Positions 11,779 through 18,694 of a stretch of 64,000 bases of DNA are shown piece by piece; within the stretch, counting starts at the first letter, position 1; each line of letters opens with the position of its first letter. The DNA is from an uncultured delta proteobacterium (GTDB lineage Bacteria; Myxococcota_A; Polyangia; Fen-1088). The position numbers and the translations under genes are program-made. The notes beneath the pieces are model-generated. The model was not told the origin of the DNA. It was given only the letters and a program-made list of their open reading frames with translations, and ran no database searches. Location: the NCBI GenBank assembly GCA_963796685.1, contig CAWCMR010000015.1, positions 32,001-96,000 of the forward strand. The letters run 5' to 3'.

Positions 11779-12366
11779 GTGAACATCAACTATTTGGTTT
11801 GGGGATGGAAGTACGACGAGGACGCATGTGTCCTCAGCGCCGTAAATGGTTTTCCAGAAAGTGACCTGCTAGCCAGGGGTGTTCCTCTCGAAAAGCGCTT
11901 TCCAACTGGCGTTACTGTCCATATGGACCCGGAACACCCGGAGGCCATCGAGTTACGCGACTTTATTCCACTTGATGACAATCCCGTCTGCTCCAAACGG
12001 ATGGCCGACTTCCTGCGTGCGCAAAATCTGTCCAGGCTTGAGTTGTTGCCGGTTGCAGTTGTGAACCACAAGGGCAAGATTGCGTCCGACGAATACTTCA
12101 TCCTCAATCCGACGTGTGCTCAGAAGTGTATCGATCCTGTAGCAAGTAAGGCTCGCCGCAGCTCGGTTGATCCAACTATGTACCTCACCATTCGACAATT
12201 GGTGATGGATCCCGAGAAGCTCACGCCGCCCGATTCGAGCATCAAGATACTACGTCCAGACGAGTACTTCGCCCCTGTGTTGGTCGAACGCGGATTGGCG
12301 AAGCAGTTGGCAGACGAAGGTTTCACTGGCTCTATGTTCACCCCAATTGACGAGTACGAACCCTAA
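11779..12366 (+). CDS. Imm11/DUF1629-family immunity protein
   Basis: VCSKRMADFL, LELLPVAVVNHKG..EYFILN..CID and VLVERGLAKQL..GFTG pattern; directly downstream of the AHH gene. Confidence 0.8.
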   Translation: MNINYLVWGWKYDEDACVLSAVNGFPESDLLARGVPLEKRFPTGVTVHMDPEHPEAIELRDFIPLDDNPVCSKRMADFLRAQNLSRLELLPVAVVNHKGKIASDEYFILNPTCAQKCIDPVASKARRSSVDPTMYLTIRQLVMDPEKLTPPDSSIKILRPDEYFAPVLVERGLAKQLADEGFTGSMFTPIDEYEP

Positions 12367-12373
12367 TCGAACA

Positions 12374-13150
12374 ATGAAGCAGTTTTCAACTACGACGTTT
12401 GACGAACTCGCGGACGAGTTTGCATTCAACATGGAGAACATCCATGCCATGAGTTCCGTCGGGGACGCCGCGCGATTCTACGAGGACATCCAGCGAGTCC
12501 TGCGGGCAAACGCCATTCTTCGTATCTTCATAAACGGAGATGCCCAGGGCTTCTGTCACGATCTCACGCTAAGTGCGTACGCTCGCCGAAGCTTTCTACG
12601 CTGGGCACACCGCGATGGCTACGTGGGCCGCCGTAGCGGCACGAGCTACCGATCAGGGCTCGTGGACGCCATCGCCGCCGGGGGATTCGGCCTCGCGAAA
12701 GGGATAGGCGCATTGAGTCGACCGAGCCCTCTTCAGGGAAAAGAATACGCCGACGATTTTTGGTACGCCCGTACTACACAATTGCTGTCGTCAGATGCTC
12801 CGAAGTCCGAAATCGAGGAAGCGCTGGTATCTTTTGGCATTGCCCTGGATGGAGAGTCGTCGCCACGTTTCGATGTCTGTCGAAGCGTGGTTCTTCGTGA
12901 TGAACATGGCTTTGAGGCGGCATTTGAAGGATTGCTGCGGAAACGCGACGAGGAAACGGCTCTACTTCGGATGAGGGCGGCGGAGGATGTCGTTCTTGCG
13001 CTAGATGCGATGCTGTTCGTGGAAGGGTGCGCGCTGATCCGCATTGCAGAGCATCGGTCGATGGACGTCCCTCGCGTCTGGCGAGGTTGCCCGATCCTGG
13101 CCCTCCAGAGTGAGATGGAACCCGCTCCTGACGACGAGTTTCCTCCCTGA
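12374..13150 (+). CDS. Imm49-like immunity protein
   Basis: EYADDFWYAR, RDEHGFEAAFEGLL and LFVEGCALIRIAE motifs recalled from myxobacterial Imm49 proteins. Confidence 0.7.
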   Translation: MKQFSTTTFDELADEFAFNMENIHAMSSVGDAARFYEDIQRVLRANAILRIFINGDAQGFCHDLTLSAYARRSFLRWAHRDGYVGRRSGTSYRSGLVDAIAAGGFGLAKGIGALSRPSPLQGKEYADDFWYARTTQLLSSDAPKSEIEEALVSFGIALDGESSPRFDVCRSVVLRDEHGFEAAFEGLLRKRDEETALLRMRAAEDVVLALDAMLFVEGCALIRIAEHRSMDVPRVWRGCPILALQSEMEPAPDDEFPP

Positions 13151-13289
13151 GCAGTGGACCCTTGCGGGTTAGCGATTCCAGTAGCTAAAGGTTCTTCTCG
13201 CATACGGAGCTAAAGTAGCGCGCGTAAATGGAAGTCTATCCTGCCTTGTTCCGCTTCCACTTTTTGGAGTGCCTGTCCTGTCCCAATCG

Positions 13290-13751
13290 CTAGAACTCCT
13301 TTTCGCACATAATGCAAACTGGCTTCTCCGGCTCGCCAATCGCAATCACCGGCCCTTGCATCACCGGCACGGGCGGCGTGTTCTTGTCGTTGTGGAGCAT
13401 CATGTCCATGGCGCGCGGGACGTTCTTGCCTTCGATTTGGACATCGAACGAAAAGTTCACGAACTCGGCCTTGCCCTTGATCTTGGACGAGACCATGCCG
13501 AGCAGGGTGCCGGCTTCGTCACCGGTGCTCATCATGAAGTTCGAGTCCTTCACACACGGGGGATTGCCGTCGCAGGTGACCTGCTTCGCGCCTTGCGCGG
13601 TATCGCTGGACTTGGCAATGTTGGGGTAGGGGATGGGGACGAACGGCGCGGGCGGGGCGGGGGTCTTGCAGACGTCGGGGAAGGCGATGGACACGCCGTT
13701 GCTCCCGGCATGGACCACGCTCATGTTGTTCACTCCCACGGTCACGGGCAT
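13290..13751 (-). CDS. PAAR-like (DUF4150, PIPY-type) spike-tip protein with C-terminal CxxC tail
   Basis: FPDVCKTP..VPIPYPN, STGDEAG..G.VS and SFDVQIEGKNV.R..D.MLHN; ends CIMCEKEF. Confidence 0.92.
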   Translation of the reverse strand: MPVTVGVNNMSVVHAGSNGVSIAFPDVCKTPAPPAPFVPIPYPNIAKSSDTAQGAKQVTCDGNPPCVKDSNFMMSTGDEAGTLLGMVSSKIKGKAEFVNFSFDVQIEGKNVPRAMDMMLHNDKNTPPVPVMQGPVIAIGEPEKPVCIMCEKEF

Positions 13752-13789
13752 GGCGAAATGCTACCGTGAAAATGGCAGGTCGCAAACAC

Positions 13790-15526
13790 TTAGCGAAACC
13801 TCTCGCCGCGCCTGACCAAGCGGTTCTGCTCCGCAGCGGCACGCTCGGAGATCAGCGTCAGCACTTGGGCCTGCTTTTCCAGGAGGCGAGGCCGGTAGTA
13901 GCCTTTGCCGTCGTGGGCCAGGCCGTGCGCGATGGCGGCCAGGGCGCCAGGCTGATCGCCATGGGCGGAGAGGGTGTAGGCGAGGTTCAGATTGGTTCGA
14001 GGATCGTCTGGATCGATGCGCTGGGCCTGGGTGAACGCGTCGTGCGCGTCGGCCAGACGCTCGCGATAGAAGAGGCAGTCGCCGAGAATGTTCCATAGCC
14101 AGGCGCTGTGCCAGGGGTTGCGCTCAAGGGCACTGCGCGCAATTTCCAAGCCCGCGGCATGATCGCCGAGTTGTAGACCAACGTACTCGGCGGCCTCGCC
14201 CAGCATCTGCCAGTCACCTGGGTTGCGTTCGATCATCCGGCGGTAGGCTTCGAGCACTTCGTTGCGTCGCCCGGCCGCGAGGTGGGCGCGCGCCTCCTCC
14301 TGCGGGGCATCCAGATGTTGGTCGGCCTCGAGACTGAATCTCTTGCTGAGGACCTCGAGCGCACCCGGCCCAATCCTGCGCGCGATGAGCCGGGTGTGGA
14401 CACGCCGCTGCTCGTCTCCCTCTGGTGCTGTCGTCATCAGACCGCGGCCAGCCAGGACGCTTTCAAGAAGCGGAAAGTTGAGCCCGATGGCCACGCTGCC
14501 GCCAAATCGTTGCACCCCAACGTGGGCAGCGACATCCTCGGCGCGGATCGGGCCGTAGTCGTTGACCAAAATGAACCCGGCCGGATCCATGCTGGTCAGC
14601 AGCTTGTCGAGACAGGCCAGTGCCCCGCTGTTGATGATGACCCTGTCGCCTTCGGGCATTGCGGAGGCCAGGGCTGCCTCCTCGGCGGTGGCCGGCATCC
14701 ACGGCCGATACGCCGTCTCGAGATCGAGGTGCGCGAGTAGCGGCAGCAATCGGACCAGATCCTCGAAATTGCCCGAAGCCGCCAGGGCGCGCGCCTCGTC
14801 GAGCGAGCCCAGCCCGGCGGCACGCAGCGCGGTCGCCCCACCCACGAGGTGCGAACGCACGCAAAGATGCTCCAGAGTCGTCGCCGACCGCTTCGCGATG
14901 GTCGATGGCAGCACGTCGAGAAGGTAGTTGCAGAACACCACCATGGGCGCGCCCAGCGGCTGCGGTGGCTCTTCGCCCAGCGCGGTAAGCATCGTCGGCG
15001 ACGTGGCATCGCACCTGCGCAAAGCCAGGTGGTCTTCGTGCCCCGCGAAGAGGGCATCCCGCTTCCATCCGAGGACGGTTCGCTCGAAGCGGTCGGTGAC
15101 CACGTAGGTCAGGCGGTCATAGAGATCGCTGATTTCCCGTCTGCAGGTGGCGGCGAAGGCGTCGAGGAAGTATCGGGCGTGCAACCCTGTCCCCGCTCCG
15201 AGCTCCAAGACAATGATTCGGGCGGGCAAAGAAGAATGGCTCTCGTTCAGTGCTGCGAAGACCAGCGCGGCCGCGTTCTCGGACAGTCGCCCAGTGTTGT
15301 TCACGAGGTAGGGAACGTCGTTGCGAACGAAGGGGATGACTCCGGCCCGATCCCAATACGCGTCTGCAAGCCTCCACTCCAGGCACTCGCCAAGCGGACG
15401 AAAGTCCTCGATTTCGGTCGGCTCGGTCGCCACGGTGCGAAGGGCATCGAGCGCCGACTTCCCGCCCGGGCCAGCCAGCCGGCGCAAAACCTCTTGCGGC
15501 GATGGCGCGTTGGAGTCCGGCTTCAT
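13790..15526 (-). CDS. MidA/NDUFAF7-like SAM-dependent methyltransferase fused to C-terminal TPR repeats
   Basis: VLELGAGTG SAM-binding motif I, LTYVVTD, VFCNYLLDVLP, GFILVNDYG; several TPRs (AWLWNILGDCLF..AFTQAQRIDPDD); ATG overlaps the DUF2169 stop. Confidence 0.78.
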   Translation of the reverse strand: MKPDSNAPSPQEVLRRLAGPGGKSALDALRTVATEPTEIEDFRPLGECLEWRLADAYWDRAGVIPFVRNDVPYLVNNTGRLSENAAALVFAALNESHSSLPARIIVLELGAGTGLHARYFLDAFAATCRREISDLYDRLTYVVTDRFERTVLGWKRDALFAGHEDHLALRRCDATSPTMLTALGEEPPQPLGAPMVVFCNYLLDVLPSTIAKRSATTLEHLCVRSHLVGGATALRAAGLGSLDEARALAASGNFEDLVRLLPLLAHLDLETAYRPWMPATAEEAALASAMPEGDRVIINSGALACLDKLLTSMDPAGFILVNDYGPIRAEDVAAHVGVQRFGGSVAIGLNFPLLESVLAGRGLMTTAPEGDEQRRVHTRLIARRIGPGALEVLSKRFSLEADQHLDAPQEEARAHLAAGRRNEVLEAYRRMIERNPGDWQMLGEAAEYVGLQLGDHAAGLEIARSALERNPWHSAWLWNILGDCLFYRERLADAHDAFTQAQRIDPDDPRTNLNLAYTLSAHGDQPGALAAIAHGLAHDGKGYYRPRLLEKQAQVLTLISERAAAEQNRLVRRGERFR

Positions 15527-16539
15527 GCGCTCGCCGTGATTTCCCGGACATCGTGTGGCCCCGTGCGCAGCACCTGGTTGCCTCTCCAGAGCATCATGAT
15601 CCGTCGATCGTCCGGTTCGATAATGATGGTGTCCAAGGCCATGGCCACGGCCTGCGGCGCACCGTCCGCAAGCACCACGCTCACGGTGGGCGTGGCGATG
15701 CCGGGCAGGACGAAGGCCAGTCGCCCCTCGGGGACGACCCCGACAGCGACGACGGGCTCATCGCCGCGCAGGTATCCAGGCGCCACCAGCCCCGCCGAGG
15801 CCGCGTTCAGGTGCTTGCGGTTGAAGTCCTTGGGCAGGAGCGGTGACCGATCCTTCTTCCACGCATCGTCGAAGGTACCGGCCAGCGCCGCACGGGGGTG
15901 CCAGTGTGGCGAGAGGAAGCCAAACCCGGCGGGTGGCGGACGGTCGCCGAAGCTCTTGATCGGTGCATGCGGGTCCTCGAGGTTCGGCAACCGGATGTGG
16001 TCGACGAAGCCGCCGGCGGCGCGAAATCCGGTCCCCACGGGATTGCGTGGCTCGCAGGCATGCTTGCGGCGATCGGGGTTGTCGCGGTCCCAGCCGCCGA
16101 AAGCGCGTTCGTAGACGAGTGGGATCTTCTCGAACTGCACGGCGCCGCTCATGGACACCGATCCCAGGGTCTTGAACCAAATGCGGTCGCCCATGACCAG
16201 GACTTCCTTGCCGACCGGGCCGACCCGCAAGGCGACCATCATCTCCTTGATGCTGCCCTTGGGTGCATAGGCGTGGCCGATTAGGACAACGTCGGTGGCG
16301 GGCTTCGTGAAGGCGACCTCGGGCTCGTACTTGTACGACGACTTCTCGGGATCGTCGCCCCAGTACTCGCCGCCGAGGTTGAGCGGAATCTGTTCTTGGG
16401 CGAGCAGGCAGCGGCCGTCTCGCCCGATGGTGAAGGTCGCCTTCAAGACCGGGACGACCAGCGGCCGAAACTCCTCATCCACGAGGTACAGGGCCTCGAA
16501 GGCAAAGGGGGTTTGGTTATCCAGCTTGGGATGCCCCAT
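15523..16539 (-). CDS. DUF2169 T6SS adaptor/chaperone
   Basis: VLKATF, KPATDVVLIGHAYAP, PLVYERAFGG, NPVGTGF, PAGFG..W.PR..AGTFD..W, LDTIIIEPD..MLWR. Confidence 0.93.
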   Translation of the reverse strand: MGHPKLDNQTPFAFEALYLVDEEFRPLVVPVLKATFTIGRDGRCLLAQEQIPLNLGGEYWGDDPEKSSYKYEPEVAFTKPATDVVLIGHAYAPKGSIKEMMVALRVGPVGKEVLVMGDRIWFKTLGSVSMSGAVQFEKIPLVYERAFGGWDRDNPDRRKHACEPRNPVGTGFRAAGGFVDHIRLPNLEDPHAPIKSFGDRPPPAGFGFLSPHWHPRAALAGTFDDAWKKDRSPLLPKDFNRKHLNAASAGLVAPGYLRGDEPVVAVGVVPEGRLAFVLPGIATPTVSVVLADGAPQAVAMALDTIIIEPDDRRIMMLWRGNQVLRTGPHDVREITASA

Positions 16540-16559
16540 CGACTATAGCCCCAACACCA

Positions 16560-17888
16560 TTACTGTCCCCAGGCCATGGTCGCGACCCTGGGCACGCCAG
16601 GCAGGGCCGCCTTGGCCGGATCGAGCTGCAGAAGTTGATCGAGGGCCCAACCCTTGAGATCCACCTTGGGAGGATTCACGCGCGGCAGGTTGGCCACCGC
16701 AGCCACGAGCTCGATGAGCAGAACTTCCCGTCGCCAAGTGGCCCCCGATGTAAATGCGGTTCGCAGGGTCGCGGGGCTGCGGGCTTGGCCGCCGCAATAG
16801 CGCGTTCCTGGAACGTACTTTCGCCGTTCCTTCTCCCACCATTTCTTGACCCTCTCGACTTTGGGTTCGGGCAACGAGTCTTCGCTTTTGACCGTGGGCG
16901 GCGGATCCTCGTCCTTCACTTCCTCGACGTCGGGTCCTTGCGTCTCTCCGGGTTTGGCCATGTCGCCCGCGATGGCCAAACCCGTGATGGCGGAGAACGC
17001 CTCGCCCGCGACCCGAGACTTCTTTTCGTCGGCCATGGTTTGCACGAGCACATCCGCCGAATCCGCGTCGCCCGCGAAGCCGAGCGCCCAAAGCGCATGC
17101 AGACCCGGATCTTCTTCCTTGGCCTTTTGGCGCACGAAGGTTCGATCGTTCGGGTCGGGACTGGTGGCCAAGAGTCCCAGCGCCATCCGCGAGATTTCTC
17201 CGACACCTCCGGCGAAGATTCGACATTCGTTCCAGGCGGTTTTGACCGCGAAGGAGAGGCCGGTCCGCATGGCTTCGAGCCGCACCTCGATGTCGTCGGA
17301 TTGAGACGCCGTGGTCACCCAGTCGAGGAGTGTGCGTTCGCGAAGATTGCGGATGGCCCGCAGTCCCGCCGCCATCAGCGGTGCTTGCCCACTGTGCATG
17401 GCGGCGGCGATTTGCTCGCGCACCCAGTCTGGCTCGCGCGGGCCGAAGATGTCGATGATCATGGCGCGTAGGTGCGGGGCTCCGGCGTGGAAATGAGGGA
17501 TGAGCCGACTGATGTCGGCCCTTGGGGCCAGATACAAGGCGCGGCCAATGGCGGCTTGAATAGGCAGCTCGGCCGCCGCCAGAGCGTCGATCACAACGTC
17601 TTGGTGGTCCGCGTCCTCGGCTTGCAGCAGCGTCCAAGCAGCGGCGGCCATTTCGCCAAGATCGTCGCCAGCCAGCGCGGGAATCAACAGTTTTCGTGCC
17701 ACCGGCTGGCCGCCCAGGACCAAGCCATCTAGATGCGCGAGTAGACGCTCCTCTGGGCCAACCACCACGTCATTGAGGGCGTAGATGGCCGAATCGAGGG
17801 ACTCCTGCCAGTTGCCCCACAGCCAAGCCGCCTCGTTGAGGTGCTCTTCATAGATGTCCCACAGCATGGGGCGAGCCAGGGGTGCCAT
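16560..17888 (-). CDS. TIGR02270-family HEAT-repeat T6SS accessory protein
   Basis: WDIYEEHLNEAAWLW, EERLLAHLDGL, ALWALGFAG, RVAGEAFSAITG, RYCGG motifs. Confidence 0.85.
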   Translation of the reverse strand: MAPLARPMLWDIYEEHLNEAAWLWGNWQESLDSAIYALNDVVVGPEERLLAHLDGLVLGGQPVARKLLIPALAGDDLGEMAAAAWTLLQAEDADHQDVVIDALAAAELPIQAAIGRALYLAPRADISRLIPHFHAGAPHLRAMIIDIFGPREPDWVREQIAAAMHSGQAPLMAAGLRAIRNLRERTLLDWVTTASQSDDIEVRLEAMRTGLSFAVKTAWNECRIFAGGVGEISRMALGLLATSPDPNDRTFVRQKAKEEDPGLHALWALGFAGDADSADVLVQTMADEKKSRVAGEAFSAITGLAIAGDMAKPGETQGPDVEEVKDEDPPPTVKSEDSLPEPKVERVKKWWEKERRKYVPGTRYCGGQARSPATLRTAFTSGATWRREVLLIELVAAVANLPRVNPPKVDLKGWALDQLLQLDPAKAALPGVPRVATMAWGQ

Positions 17889-17889
17889 G

Positions 17890-18414
17890 TCAGTTGATCT
17901 TCACGCTGCCGCCGCGAATGCGATTGAGTCCCGTGGCGGTGGTTTCGATGTAAGCCCCGCGTAGGACGACCTTCCCGTCGCGGCGGAGCGTGATGCTGGC
18001 GTCTCCACAGCGGAGCACGACCTCCTGATCTCCCTCGACCACAACGCGTTTACCATCGACCCGCGCCTCGGTTGGCCTGGCTGGCGCGGGCGCCGTGGCC
18101 GGCGTTTGCAGGAGGCTGCCGAGCAGCACCGCTCCCGGATCGGCGGGAACCAAACCAACGACGATGGGCAGGCTCGGATCTCCATTTTCGAACAGCAGCA
18201 CCACGGGCTGCCGACTCAAGAGGGCGTTGCGGATGGTGGCGTCGTCGAGCGCCACCACCGAACGCGCGGCAAGCGGACCCGCGGGATTGCCTTCGAAATC
18301 GACGACAACCGCCCCGGGCTTGCTGCCAGGCGCGAGGCAGCCGACCTTGACGGGAGCGCTTGCCGTCGCGGTCTGGGGAACCACGGGATCCGATGGAGCA
18401 GGTTTGGTCTTCAC
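17890..18414 (-). CDS. DUF6484 protein
   Basis: VVLLFENGDPSLPIVVG and LRCGDASITLRRDGKVVLRG..NRIRGGSVKIN motifs; T6SS context. Confidence 0.85.
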   Translation of the reverse strand: MKTKPAPSDPVVPQTATASAPVKVGCLAPGSKPGAVVVDFEGNPAGPLAARSVVALDDATIRNALLSRQPVVLLFENGDPSLPIVVGLVPADPGAVLLGSLLQTPATAPAPARPTEARVDGKRVVVEGDQEVVLRCGDASITLRRDGKVVLRGAYIETTATGLNRIRGGSVKIN

Positions 18415-18494
18415 AGCGCGATCCTCAGGGCAATTAGCCTAGAACACTTGCCGTCAAAGTCCACAGCTCCTTGGCCCCGCTACCGACGCCCACC

Positions 18495-18694
18495 ACGCGT
18501 AGGCGGAGCCCGGGCTTAGCCCGGCGGAGCCAGAGCGCGGGAGGGTTTGTGAACCCTCCCGGTACCGTTGCCGGGTCGATGGCTCGGATCCTTCAGGCAT
18601 GAAACGTGGCAGCCCCTCACCCGCCTCGCTGCGCTCGGCGACCTCTCCCCGCTGCGCGGGGCGAGGTGTTTTCAGGTCAGGGTTCCCATCTCAA
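18495..18694. repeat. REP/MITE-like palindromic element(s) related to the 60.6-61.2 kb array
   Basis: Shares CGCGTAGGCG, CGGGCTT.GCCC, GCCAGAGCGCG, GAGGGTTTG.GAACCCTCCC and AGGGTTCCCATCTCAA with the array; also contains a CCCCTCACCCG..CTCTCCCC..GGGGCGAGG hairpin. Confidence 0.7.
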
